Source of the DNA: Rhodococcus sp. HM1 | Lineage (GTDB): Bacteria; Actinomycetota; Actinomycetes; Mycobacteriales; Mycobacteriaceae | Assembly: GCF_023218075.1 (NCBI RefSeq) | Contig: NZ_JALPTB010000063.1 | Span: forward strand, 14,980-38,979 | Length of the DNA: 24,000 bases | Reading direction: 5' to 3' | Position numbers and translations under genes: made by a program | Notes under the pieces: model-generated | Told to the model about the DNA's origin: nothing | What the model saw: only the letters and a program-made list of their open reading frames with translations | Database searches by the model: none | Shown: positions 1 through 8,245 of the stretch, one piece after another | Numbering within the stretch: the first letter of the stretch is position 1 | How the letters are laid out: every line of letters starts with the position of its first letter

Positions 1-51
1 AGGCGGATTCAGGAGGTCGACGACAACTGCACACTCGTGCCCGGGAACGAC

Positions 52-87
52 GACGCCGCCCCGTCCGAATCTGGACGGGGCGGCGTC
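52..87 (-). terminator. Stem-loop just downstream of the S18 gene (putative terminator)
   Basis: Perfect 15-bp GC-rich inverted repeat gacgccgccccgtcc (52-66) / ggacggggcggcgtc (73-87) with a 6-nt loop, 12 nt past the rpsR stop. There is no clear U-tract. Confidence 0.45.
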
Positions 88-98
88 GGAATGCTGTC

Positions 99-356
99 CT
101 ACTTGCTGCTGACGTAGGGGAGCAGTGCCATCTCGCGGGCGTTCTTCACCGCGACGGCAACCTGACGCTGCTGCTGCGGGGTCAGGCCGGTGACGCGACG
201 GCTGCGGATCTTGCCGCGGTCGGAGATGAACGTGCGGAGCAGGTTCACATCCTTGTAGTCGACGTACTCGATCTTCGCCGCGAAGAGCGGGTTCTTCTTG
301 GGGCGGCGGCTCTCCTGCGCGCGTGCCTTCTTGGACGGTCCTCGCCTGACTGCCAT
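99..356 (-). CDS. rpsR: 30S ribosomal protein S18, Cys-free (zinc-independent) form
   Basis: Internal ATG at 356 of track ORF 99..425. The 85-aa product [14 protein letters not shown]...[31 protein letters not shown] is S18-like. GAGGAG lies 6 nt upstream of the ATG. The protein has no cysteine. Confidence 0.9.
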   Translation of the reverse strand: MAVRRGPSKKARAQESRRPKKNPLFAAKIEYVDYKDVNLLRTFISDRGKIRSRRVTGLTPQQQRQVAVAVKNAREMALLPYVSSK

Positions 357-366
357 TCGGTGCTCC

Positions 367-672
367 TCACCAGCTCGACTTGTGGACGCCGGGTAATTCC
401 CCGCGGTGGGCGAGCTCGCGCACACGCACGCGTGAGAGCCCGAACTTTCGCAGGTGGCCGCGCGGGCGGCCGTCCGCAGCGTCTCGATTGCGCAATCTTA
501 CCGGACTCGCGTCCCGGGGCAGTCTCTGCAGTGCGGCCTGCGCGGCGCGGCGTTCGTCGTCGGTGCTCGACGGCCGCCTGACGACGTCCTTCAGTTCGGC
601 GCGACGCTGCGCGTAGCTGGCGACGACGAGCTTGCGCTGCTCGTTGCGAGCGATCTTCGATTTCTTGGCCAC
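367..672 (-). CDS. rpsN: 30S ribosomal protein S14, long Cys-free form
   Basis: 101 aa, [17 protein letters not shown]...[15 protein letters not shown]...[34 protein letters not shown], which is the canonical S14 C-terminus. No cysteine. Tightly packed with its neighbours. Confidence 0.92.
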   Translation of the reverse strand: MAKKSKIARNEQRKLVVASYAQRRAELKDVVRRPSSTDDERRAAQAALQRLPRDASPVRLRNRDAADGRPRGHLRKFGLSRVRVRELAHRGELPGVHKSSW

Positions 673-675
673 GCG

Positions 676-840
676 CTATTTCTCCTCGCGGAAGTCGACG
701 TGCCGGCGCAGCACCGGGTCGAATTTGCGCAGGACGAGACGGTCGGGGTCGTTGCGGCGGTTCTTGCGGGTGACGTAGGTGTATCCGGTGCCGCCGGTGG
801 AGCGGAGTTTGACGATGGGGCGGATCTCGTTGCGGGCCAT
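676..840 (-). CDS. rpmG: 50S ribosomal protein L33, Cys-free form
   Basis: Internal ATG (838-840) of track ORF 676..1116. 54 aa, [54 protein letters not shown]. No CxxC pairs. The start overlaps the rpmB stop by 1 nt. Confidence 0.9.
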   Translation of the reverse strand: MARNEIRPIVKLRSTGGTGYTYVTRKNRRNDPDRLVLRKFDPVLRRHVDFREEK

Positions 841-1076
841 CAGAGCTGCACTCCCCGTGCTCGCAGCCGGGCGACGACTGCGTCGATGCCGTCGCGGTCG
901 ACGGTCTTGATGCCCTTCGCGGAGACGGTGAGGGTGACGCGCCGGCCTTCCGAGGGCACGAAGTACGTCTTGCGCTGGATGTTCGGCTTCCAGCGGCGGT
1001 TCGTTCGGACGTGGGAGTGGGAGACGGTCTTCCCGAAGCCGGGAGCGCGTCCGGTGACCTGGCAGTGCGCCGACAC
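840..1076 (-). CDS. rpmB: 50S ribosomal protein L28, zinc-independent form (single Cys)
   Basis: 78 aa, [36 protein letters not shown]..., an L28 N-terminal signature. GTG start at 1076 with GAGGAAGGA upstream. First gene of the minus-strand operon. Confidence 0.9.
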   Translation of the reverse strand: MSAHCQVTGRAPGFGKTVSHSHVRTNRRWKPNIQRKTYFVPSEGRRVTLTVSAKGIKTVDRDGIDAVVARLRARGVQL

Positions 1077-1107
1077 GATGTGTCCTTCCTCGCCGACACG
1101 CTGAGCG

Positions 1108-1128
1108 TAACGACAATCATTTTCGACA
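1108..1128. promoter_or_regulatory. Zur-box-like palindrome 1
   Basis: taaCGACAATCATTTTCGaca: the half-sites CGACAAT and ATTTTCG are 6/7 self-complementary. It resembles the actinobacterial Zur box (TGAAAATCATTTTCA-like, recalled). Located 32 nt upstream of the rpmB start, in the divergent intergenic region. Confidence 0.55.
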
Positions 1129-1160
1129 AATGGCCTGCCCGACTGTACGCTGCCGCATAG

Positions 1161-1182
1161 CTAATGACAATCGTTATCGAAA
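1161..1182. promoter_or_regulatory. Zur-box-like palindrome 2
   Basis: ctaaTGACAATCGTTATCGaaa matches the recalled 15-nt Zur core at about 11/15 positions. It sits immediately upstream of the COG0523 gene start and its GAAAGG ribosome-binding site. Confidence 0.45.
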
Positions 1183-1192
1183 GGTGGATTCG

Positions 1193-2410
1193 GTGGACAC
1201 CAGGACACCGCTGATCGTCGTGTCCGGCCTGCGCGGTCCGACCCACCGCGCCGCACGAGCACTGCTGCGGCCCGGCACCGTCGTCGTACACCACGACCTC
1301 GATCACCTCGACGAAGGCGTCCTGCGGCGCACCCTCACGACCGACGACAGCGAACAACTCGACGTCCTCGAACTCGCCCACGGCTGCGTCTCCTGCACCC
1401 TGCGCGAAGATCTCCTGCCGCTGCTACGCCGCCTCCACACCCGCAGCACCGTCGACAGGATCGTCCTGCACCTCGATCCGCAGCTCGAACCTGAGGCGCT
1501 GTGCTGGGCGGTCGAACACGTCGTGGTCGCCGGGGTGGTCGGGCAGATCGACGGGCCTGCCGCCCGCGACGTGCGCGTCGAGGCCGTCGTGACCTGTATC
1601 GACGGACGGACCTGGCTCGACGACGCCACCGGCGACGTCGACCTGCGGCCCGGCACCGACGACGACCGCACGGTCTCGCAGGTCGTCGTGGGTCAGGTCG
1701 AGTTCGCCGACGCACTCGTAGTGGCACCCGGCGCAGACGACCGGCAGCAGGCCCGGCTGCAGGCCGTGCTCGCCCGCCTCGCACCCGGTGCGCCCCTCGC
1801 TTGGACGGACCGGCCCGACGTCGAAGCCCTGCTTGCGCAGGTCCCGGCGACCGCGCGTCGCGGGCGCGTGGACGACGCACACGCCCCACTGCTGCGCGGG
1901 CAACCGCCGCTCGGGGAGGAGTGGGGAGTGCGACTCCTCGAATTCACCGCGGCCCGGCCGTTCCATCCGCAGCGGCTGCACGAGGCGATCGACGTGCTCC
2001 TCGACGGGGTCGTACGGGCGCGAGGTCGCGCATGGGTTGCCACCCAACCGGGCAACGCGCTGTTGCTCGAGTCCGCCGGTGGCGGCCTGCGGGTCGCGCA
2101 TGCCGGGCCGTGGCTCGTGTCGATGACCCCGGACCAGCAGGAACGCGTGCCCGCGACGCGACGGGCCATGGCCGCGCTGCGCTGGGACGACAACTACGGC
2201 GACCGCGACAGCTCACTCGTCGTCCTCGTTCACGACGCCGACCCCGACGAGATTCTGGGTGCGCTGCATGCGGCACTGCTCACGGATGCCGAGTTCGCCG
2301 ACCCCGCGAGCTGGACCACCTGGGAAGACCCGTTCGGCGACTACCACCGCGAGCCCTGCGAGGACTTCGCGATCGAACCGTCAGCACCGAGGAAAGAAGG
2401 ACAGGCATGA
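1193..2410 (+). CDS. COG0523/CobW-family protein with degenerate GTPase motifs (Rv0106/Mrf-like)
   Basis: Track ORF 1130..2410. I prefer GTG 1193 (GAAAGG about 8 nt upstream) or GTG 1184, because the ATG-1130 extension would run across Zur box 2. Family evidence is [23 protein letters not shown] plus the CobW C-terminal-like ...[32 protein letters not shown]...[10 protein letters not shown]. The stop overlaps the rpmE2 start (ATGA). Confidence 0.8.
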   Translation: MDTRTPLIVVSGLRGPTHRAARALLRPGTVVVHHDLDHLDEGVLRRTLTTDDSEQLDVLELAHGCVSCTLREDLLPLLRRLHTRSTVDRIVLHLDPQLEPEALCWAVEHVVVAGVVGQIDGPAARDVRVEAVVTCIDGRTWLDDATGDVDLRPGTDDDRTVSQVVVGQVEFADALVVAPGADDRQQARLQAVLARLAPGAPLAWTDRPDVEALLAQVPATARRGRVDDAHAPLLRGQPPLGEEWGVRLLEFTAARPFHPQRLHEAIDVLLDGVVRARGRAWVATQPGNALLLESAGGGLRVAHAGPWLVSMTPDQQERVPATRRAMAALRWDDNYGDRDSSLVVLVHDADPDEILGALHAALLTDAEFADPASWTTWEDPFGDYHREPCEDFAIEPSAPRKEGQA

Positions 2411-2664
2411 AAACCGGCCTCCACCCCGACTACCACCCGGTCGTGTTCCAGGACGCGAATACCGGATCGACGTTCCTGACGCGCTCGACTCTCACCTCGG
2501 ACCGGACCGTCGAATGGTCCGACGGCAACACCTACCCGCTGGTGGTCGTCGACGTCACGAGCGAGTCGCACCCGTTCTGGACGGGAACCGCGCGGGTGCT
2601 CGACGCCGCGGGACGGGTCGAGAAGTTCGAACGCAAGTACGGAAAGCGGCAGCGCCGCGCCTGA
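2407..2664 (+). CDS. rpmE2: 50S ribosomal protein L31 type B (Cys-free)
   Basis: 85 aa, [28 protein letters not shown]...HPFWTG...[11 protein letters not shown]. No CxxC motif. ATGA overlap with the upstream gene. Embedded in the spurious track ORF 1501..2664. Confidence 0.92.
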   Translation: MKTGLHPDYHPVVFQDANTGSTFLTRSTLTSDRTVEWSDGNTYPLVVVDVTSESHPFWTGTARVLDAAGRVEKFERKYGKRQRRA

Positions 2665-2677
2665 GACGGAGGAAGAC

Positions 2678-2851
2678 ATGGCAGTTCCGAAGCGCCGGAT
2701 GTCCCGGTCGAATACCCGCGCCCGGCGGTCCCGGTGGAACACGCAGGCACCCGAGCTGGTCCCGGTCAGCGTCGGCGGGGTGACCCACCGCGTGCCCCGA
2801 CGGCTGGTGCGCGCGGTGGCCCGCGGCCTCCTCGATCCGCGCGACCTCTGA
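2678..2851 (+). CDS. rpmF: 50S ribosomal protein L32
   Basis: Not in the ORF track (57 aa). Hand translation gives [57 protein letters not shown]. MAVPKRRxSRSNTRxRR is the L32 signature. GGAGGAAG lies 3-10 nt upstream of the ATG. The gene starts 13 nt after the rpmE2 stop. Confidence 0.88.
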   Translation: MAVPKRRMSRSNTRARRSRWNTQAPELVPVSVGGVTHRVPRRLVRAVARGLLDPRDL

Positions 2852-2928
2852 TCGACCCCCGCGCCCCCGGGTGACGGCACCCGCGTCGACCTGATCCCGG
2901 AGGTGCGGGGGGATGGGATGGTTACCGG

Positions 2929-3543
2929 GTGCTTCTGAAAATCCTCGAGCTCGTGGGCATCGTGGCGTTCGCGATGTCGGGTGCGCTCGTCGGTGTCGTC
3001 AAGCGGCTCGATCTGTTCGGGGTATGCCTGGTCGGGGTGTTCACGGCGGTCGGCGGCGGTATCGTCCGCGACCTGCTGCTCGACATCCACCCGCCGTCGT
3101 CGCTGAGCAACTGGCGGTACCTGGGATCGGCACTCGCCGCGTCGGTCCTCGTGTTCTACCTGCACACGGTGGTGTCGAAGCTGAACCGGGAGATCCTCGT
3201 GCTCGACGCGCTGGGCATGGGCCTGTTCGCGACGACCGGCGCGACCATCGCCATCGAGGCCGGAGCGCAACCCCTCGCGGCTGCGCTGATCGGCGCGACC
3301 TCCGCGATCGGCGGTGGCATCCTGCGCGACGTCCTCGTCAACGAGGTGCCGCTGCTGCTGCATCGCGACCTCTACGCGATCCCGGCGCTGCTCGGCTCCG
3401 CGGTTCTCGTCGCTGCCCGCGAGCTGGGCTTCGGACAGAACATCGCGCTGGTGCTCGGTACCGTCCTCGCGACCGGTCTGCGACTGCTCGCCCTGTGGCG
3501 TGGCTGGAGCCTGCCGCAGGCGCGGGTGCCACGCGAGGACTGA
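2929..3543 (+). CDS. UPF0126 / TRIC-type membrane channel family protein
   Basis: 204 aa, very hydrophobic, with two internal repeats each carrying the GGGxxRD motif (GGGIVRDLL and GGGILRDVL). GTG start. Confidence 0.85.
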   Translation: MLLKILELVGIVAFAMSGALVGVVKRLDLFGVCLVGVFTAVGGGIVRDLLLDIHPPSSLSNWRYLGSALAASVLVFYLHTVVSKLNREILVLDALGMGLFATTGATIAIEAGAQPLAAALIGATSAIGGGILRDVLVNEVPLLLHRDLYAIPALLGSAVLVAARELGFGQNIALVLGTVLATGLRLLALWRGWSLPQARVPRED

Positions 3544-3547
3544 CACC

Positions 3548-3566
3548 TCTCAGCGAGTTCTCAGCC
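3548..3566 (+). promoter_or_regulatory. MprA-box-like direct repeat upstream of mprA
   Basis: TCTCAGCG-agt-TCTCAGCC: two 8-bp direct repeats separated by 3 nt, ending 17 nt upstream of the mprA start. Confidence 0.55.
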
Positions 3567-3582
3567 GGTTCGGGCCACACTG

Positions 3583-4278
3583 GTGGGCATGCGGATTCTG
3601 GTGGTCGACGACGATCGAGCAGTGCGGGAGTCGCTGCGTCGATCCCTCAGTTTCAACGGCTACACCGTCGACCTGGCCACCGACGGGCAGGACGCCCTCG
3701 ATCAGGTCATGGTGAGCCGGCCCGACGCGATGGTGCTGGACGTGATGATGCCGCGCGTCGACGGGCTCGAGGTGTGCCGTCGACTGCGCAGCACCGGCGA
3801 CGACCTGCCGATCCTCGTGCTCACCGCCCGGGACTCGGTGTCCGAGCGGGTCGCCGGGCTCGACGCGGGCGCCGACGACTACCTGCCGAAACCGTTCGCG
3901 CTCGAGGAACTGCTCGCGCGACTGCGCGCGCTGCTGCGGCGTGCGGGGCCCGACCCGAGCCGCACCACCGAGGAGACGCTGAGCTTCGAGGACCTGACGC
4001 TGAACCCGGAGACCCGCGAGGTCACCCGCGGCAACCGATCGATCAGCCTGACCCGTACCGAGTTCGCCCTGATGGAGATGCTCATGGCGAACCCGCGCCG
4101 GGTCCTCACCCGCAGCCGCATCCTCGAGGAGGTGTGGGGCTACGACTTCCCGACCTCCGGCAACGCCCTCGAGGTGTACGTCGGGTATCTGCGTCGCAAG
4201 ACGGAGGCCGAGGGTGAGCCGCGTCTGATCCACACGGTTCGCGGGGTCGGCTACGTCCTGCGCGAGACGCCGCCGTGA
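3583..4278 (+). CDS. mprA: OmpR-family response regulator MprA
   Basis: [25 protein letters not shown]... receiver domain plus a winged-helix C-terminus ([34 protein letters not shown]...[11 protein letters not shown]). Followed by mprB and pepD as in mycobacteria. The start is GTG 3583 or ATG 3589. Confidence 0.9.
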   Translation: MGMRILVVDDDRAVRESLRRSLSFNGYTVDLATDGQDALDQVMVSRPDAMVLDVMMPRVDGLEVCRRLRSTGDDLPILVLTARDSVSERVAGLDAGADDYLPKPFALEELLARLRALLRRAGPDPSRTTEETLSFEDLTLNPETREVTRGNRSISLTRTEFALMEMLMANPRRVLTRSRILEEVWGYDFPTSGNALEVYVGYLRRKTEAEGEPRLIHTVRGVGYVLRETPP

Positions 4279-4318
4279 TCGGGCGCGAGGCCACCGCGAT
4301 CTGCGACGGGCGGTCGCG

Positions 4319-5740
4319 GTGAAGCGACCCATGCGCCCTCCGATGCTGCTGACCAGCTCGGTGCCCCTGCGTGTCCGGGTGACGCTGCTGGCCGCGGGCG
4401 CGGTCGCGCTCGCGGTGGCCGTGACGTCCATCGCCGCGTACGCGGTCGTCGCGCGGGCGTTGTATTCGGACGTGGACCAGCAGTTGCGGGCGCGTGCGTC
4501 CGCCCTCGTCGAGTCCAGCACCCTCATCACCTACGACCCCCGCTACATCGGCGGCGCCAAGCTCTACAGCTCCGTCATCAGCGTCGCGCTCATCTATCCG
4601 GATCTCGGCCGGTACGTGCCGCCGGGTTCGACGGTGCCGATCGGCGAACCCGAACTCGCGGTCGCGGAAGGCAAGGCCGAATCGTCGCTGCGGACGGTGT
4701 CGCAGCAGCGGGTGCTCGCGCAGCGCATCCCCGACGGCAGCACCGTCGTCATCGCCCAACGCCTCGAACCGACCGCGCAGATCCTCAATCGCCTGGCCAG
4801 CGTGCTGTTCGTCGTCGGCGGCTGCGGGGTCGTGCTGGCCGCCGCGGGTGGCGCGACCGTGGGCCGCACCGGCCTGAGACCGGTCGCGCGGCTCACGGCC
4901 GCCGCCGAACGCGTCGCCCGCACCGACGACCTGCGACCCATCCGGGTGACCGGTCACGACGAACTCGCCCGCCTGACGGAGAGCTTCAACACGATGTTGC
5001 GGGCGCTGGCCGAGTCCCGGGAACGGCAGAGCCGCCTCGTCGCCGACGCCGGGCACGAACTGAAGACCCCGTTGACGTCGCTGCGCACCAACATGGAACT
5101 GCTCATCGCGGCGAGCCGGCCCGGGGCGCCGCAGCTGCCGGACGAGGACATGGCCGAACTGCGTGAAGACGTGATCGCGCAGATCGAGGAACTGTCGACA
5201 CTGGTCGGCGACCTGGTGGACCTGGCCCGCGAGGACGCCCCGGAGACGGTGTTCGAGCCCGTCGACATCGCCGACGTCGTCGAACGCAGCCTGGAACGGG
5301 CCCGGCGTCGCCGCACCGAGATCGACTTCACCGCGACCACCGAACCGTGGTTCGTGTACGGCGATCATGCGACGTTGTCGCGCGCCGTCCTCAACGTCCT
5401 CGACAATGCCGCGAAGTGGAGCCCGTCGGGCGCCGAGGTGCTCGTGGGGATGCGTCAGATCGGCACGGGCCTGATGGAACTGACCGTCGACGACGCCGGC
5501 CCGGGCATCCCCGAGGAGGAACGCGAGCTCGTGTTCGAACGGTTCTACCGGGCGACCACCGCGCGTTCGATGCCCGGCTCCGGGCTGGGCCTGGCGATCG
5601 TGCGACAGGTGGTGATGAAACACGGGGGCACGATCGCGGTCGACCGGTCCTCGCGCGGCGGTGCGCTGATCCGCATCGTGCTGCCGGGAACCCCCGAACT
5701 GTCGGACGAGGTTCCTGACAGCTATTCCGCAGGGGACTGA
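4319..5740 (+). CDS. mprB: Sensor histidine kinase MprB
   Basis: Two TM segments flank an extracytoplasmic domain. A HAMP-like linker is followed by the H-box DAGHELKTPLTSL, then N/G boxes NVLDNAAKWSP, DDAGPGIP and GSGLGLAIV. GTG start. Confidence 0.9.
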   Translation: MKRPMRPPMLLTSSVPLRVRVTLLAAGAVALAVAVTSIAAYAVVARALYSDVDQQLRARASALVESSTLITYDPRYIGGAKLYSSVISVALIYPDLGRYVPPGSTVPIGEPELAVAEGKAESSLRTVSQQRVLAQRIPDGSTVVIAQRLEPTAQILNRLASVLFVVGGCGVVLAAAGGATVGRTGLRPVARLTAAAERVARTDDLRPIRVTGHDELARLTESFNTMLRALAESRERQSRLVADAGHELKTPLTSLRTNMELLIAASRPGAPQLPDEDMAELREDVIAQIEELSTLVGDLVDLAREDAPETVFEPVDIADVVERSLERARRRRTEIDFTATTEPWFVYGDHATLSRAVLNVLDNAAKWSPSGAEVLVGMRQIGTGLMELTVDDAGPGIPEEERELVFERFYRATTARSMPGSGLGLAIVRQVVMKHGGTIAVDRSSRGGALIRIVLPGTPELSDEVPDSYSAGD

Positions 5741-5760
5741 CAGCAAATTCCTTTGCGTCT

Positions 5761-5779
5761 TCTAAGTGACTTCTCAGCG
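5761..5779 (+). promoter_or_regulatory. MprA-box-like direct repeat upstream of pepD
   Basis: TCTAAGTG-act-TCTCAGCG has the same 8-3-8 layout. The second half-site is identical to the first half-site upstream of mprA. Located 56 nt upstream of the pepD ATG. Confidence 0.45.
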
Positions 5780-5834
5780 ATCGGGTCCAATCTGGAATAT
5801 GTAGGAATCCGGAAGTTGGACGAACGGGGACGAG

Positions 5835-7106
5835 ATGAGCGACGACCAGAACCCTGGACAGCCGTACCAGCCGCCGACCACCCCATACCAGGGATACGGT
5901 CGGACCGAACCCCTCGGCGCGACCCCGCAGCAGGGACCGCACCAGCCGGGCACGCCACACCCCGGTATTCCGCAGCCCGGGTTCACAGCCCAGCCTCCCC
6001 ATCAGGCGGGGCACCAGCAGCCCGCTCGACCCGGCCGGGGTGTACTGGCCGCGGGCGCGATTGCGTTGGCCCTGCTCAGCGGCGGTGTCGGCGGGGTCGT
6101 CGGTGCGCTGGCGGTGGGCAACAACGACGCACCGGCGGTCGTCAACTCGCTCGACGCATCGAAACCGGAAACCACGACGATCGCGAACGCGCCGGCCGGA
6201 TCGGTGCAGGCGGTCGCGCAGAAGGTCGTGCCCAGCGTCGTTCGGATCGGAATCGTCGGACGCACCACGCAGGGGGAGGGCTCGGGCGTGATCCTCTCGT
6301 CCGACGGGCTCATCCTCACCAACAACCACGTCGCCGCCGGGGGCGGCCCGGGCGCGCAACTGACCGTGTATTTCGCGGACGGCAGTTCCGCGCCGGCCAC
6401 GGTCGTCGGTGCCGATCCCATCTCGGACCTCGCGGTCGTACGCGCCGAGGGTCGCACGGACCTGACCCCGATCGAGCTCGGCTCGTCCGACGGGCTGCAG
6501 GTCGGACAGGCCGTCGTCGCGGTGGGTTCGCCGCTCGGCCTCGAGAGCACTGTGACGTCCGGCATCGTGTCCGCCCTGGACCGGCCGGTGTCCACCAGCG
6601 GGGAGACGGGTAACCAGAACACCGTGATCGACGCCATCCAGACCGACGCCGCCATCAACCCCGGTAACTCCGGCGGTGCCCTCGTGAACATGGACGGTCA
6701 GCTGGTCGGTATCAACACGGCCATCGCCACATCCGGAGGGCAGTCCGGATCCATCGGTCTGGGCTTTGCCATCCCCATCGATCAGGCTCGCCGGATCGCG
6801 CAGGAACTCATCGACAACGGTTCGGCGACCCACGCCATCATCGGTGTGCAGGTGCCGTCGCAGGACAACGCGCGCGGCGCGACCGTCATGGAGGTCACCG
6901 CGGGTGGCCCGGCGGAGAAGGCCGGCATCCCGCGGGGCTCGATCATCACGAAGGTCGACGACCGGCTCGTCACCGACGGGGATTCACTCATCGCGGCGAT
7001 CCGGTCCCATGCGCCCGGCGACACCGTCCGCATCACCTACACCGATGCCCAGGGCAAGAACGAGAAGAGCGTCGACGTGCAGCTCGTCGCCGCCGAGGAG
7101 CGCTGA
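5835..7106 (+). CDS. pepD: HtrA-like serine protease PepD (S1C trypsin domain + PDZ)
   Basis: Pro/Gln-rich N-terminus, one TM segment, the catalytic motifs TNNHV and GNSGGALV, and a C-terminal PDZ-like region (GATVMEVTAGGPAEKAGIPRGSIITKVDD). Synteny with mprAB. Confidence 0.9.
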   Translation: MSDDQNPGQPYQPPTTPYQGYGRTEPLGATPQQGPHQPGTPHPGIPQPGFTAQPPHQAGHQQPARPGRGVLAAGAIALALLSGGVGGVVGALAVGNNDAPAVVNSLDASKPETTTIANAPAGSVQAVAQKVVPSVVRIGIVGRTTQGEGSGVILSSDGLILTNNHVAAGGGPGAQLTVYFADGSSAPATVVGADPISDLAVVRAEGRTDLTPIELGSSDGLQVGQAVVAVGSPLGLESTVTSGIVSALDRPVSTSGETGNQNTVIDAIQTDAAINPGNSGGALVNMDGQLVGINTAIATSGGQSGSIGLGFAIPIDQARRIAQELIDNGSATHAIIGVQVPSQDNARGATVMEVTAGGPAEKAGIPRGSIITKVDDRLVTDGDSLIAAIRSHAPGDTVRITYTDAQGKNEKSVDVQLVAAEER

Positions 7107-7174
7107 CGGTGTACGACAGGCCGCCGGTGACCGATACCGCTCTTCTCCTCGACTTGGGAACTACCGTGGGATCC

Positions 7175-7672
7175 ATGGAACTCGAAGCGCCCAGGACCGG
7201 CCGTGCACTCGTCGTGATCGTCGACGATCGTGTTGCGCACGGAGACAATCCCGATTCCGCAGGCCCGCTGGTGACGGAGCTGCTGCAGGAAGGGGGCTTC
7301 GTCGTCGACGGCGTCGTGACGGTCGCGGCCGACGAGGTCGAGATCCGCAACGCGCTCAACACCGCGGTGATCGGTGGCGTCGACCTGGTGGTGTCGGTCG
7401 GCGGTACCGGGGTGTCGCCGCGCGACGTGACGCCCGACGCGACGGAGGAAGTCCTCGATCACGAGTTGAAGGGCATCAGCGAGGCGTTGCGGTCGTCGGG
7501 ACTGTCGGCCGGTGCCCTCGATGCCGGGCTGTCGCGGGGGCTGGTCGGCGTGTCCGGCTCGACGCTCGTGGCGAACCTTGCCTCCTCGCGTGCTGCGATC
7601 CGCGACGGCATGGCGACCCTGACGCCGCTGGCCGCGCACGTCATCCAGGAACTGTCGCGGCTGGAGGAGTGA
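7175..7672 (+). CDS. moaB2: MoaB/MogA-family molybdenum cofactor biosynthesis protein
   Basis: GRALVVIVDDRVAHGDNPDSAGPLVTELL...VIGGVDLVVSVGGTGVSPRDVTPDAT. The track ORF starts at GTG 7109, but the first 22 codons have poor GC3, so I prefer ATG 7175 (MELEAPRTGRALVV). The start is uncertain. Confidence 0.82.
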   Translation: MELEAPRTGRALVVIVDDRVAHGDNPDSAGPLVTELLQEGGFVVDGVVTVAADEVEIRNALNTAVIGGVDLVVSVGGTGVSPRDVTPDATEEVLDHELKGISEALRSSGLSAGALDAGLSRGLVGVSGSTLVANLASSRAAIRDGMATLTPLAAHVIQELSRLEE

Positions 7673-7677
7673 CCGTT

Positions 7678-7905
7678 GTGGCCGACGAAGTAGAGGGCGC
7701 CGACACCGGTAAGGACACCACCCGGGGTGAAAAGAAGGGTGAAACCCCAGGTAGGAAGGGTCGGATCGACCGGGCTCGGCTCGCGCGCATCTTCGGAGAG
7801 GTGCTGCCGGAGACGACGCGAGACGAGCGGGAGCCGGGCGAAGAGCGGTCGGAATCCGACGAATGGCTCCGCAGACAGGTCCCTCCACACCACGGCAAAG
7901 TGTGA
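7678..7905 (+). CDS. Small highly charged hypothetical protein (75 aa)
   Basis: GTG 7678 lies 5 nt after the moaB2 stop, with GGAGGA 8 nt upstream. In frame with the tail of track ORF 6766..7905. Product VADEVEGADTGKDTTRGEKKGETPGRKGRIDRARLARIFGEVLPETTRDEREPGEERSESDEWLRRQVPPHHGKV. No family recognised. Confidence 0.45.
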   Translation: MADEVEGADTGKDTTRGEKKGETPGRKGRIDRARLARIFGEVLPETTRDEREPGEERSESDEWLRRQVPPHHGKV

Positions 7906-8245
7906 TCTCGGACACTCGTCCATTTCCGTGTCGGGTCGGACTTCAACTCGGATTCGCCTTTGCGAAACCTTTCCGAAACATTCGCAAATGCCACATGGTG
8001 GGAATCCTGCGCGCGTACGCAAGGAATGCGATCCTGTCCGGCTGTGACGCCCGGGCTCCCCGGTCTCCTGCGGATAGGGCCCGACCAGCGTCTATGTCTG
8101 AATTGCCCTGACCGCGAAGGGCCTGCGACCCGATCACCTGTCGTGACGGATGTCATACCGTGACCTGATTGTTATCGTTCACTTTCCCGAAACGTTGCCG
8201 GAATGGCCCCGCACCGCCTCCTGCCAGGGCATGTGAGGGTAGCCA

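Noticed and set aside
1130-1192. The ATG-1130 start given by the ORF track for the COG0523 gene.
   Set aside because: The extra 21 codons ([18 protein letters not shown]...) cover Zur box 2 and the AT-rich promoter region and have atypical codon usage. GTG 1184 or 1193 with a GAAAGG ribosome-binding site is more plausible.
5835-6030. Pro/Gln/Gly-rich N-terminal region of PepD (QPYQPPTTPYQGYG...PQQGPHQPGTPHPGIPQPG), considered as a repeat or PE/PGRS-like element.
   Set aside because: It is low-complexity cytoplasmic tail sequence in frame with the protease. There is no nucleotide-level tandem repeat and no PE/PPE signature.
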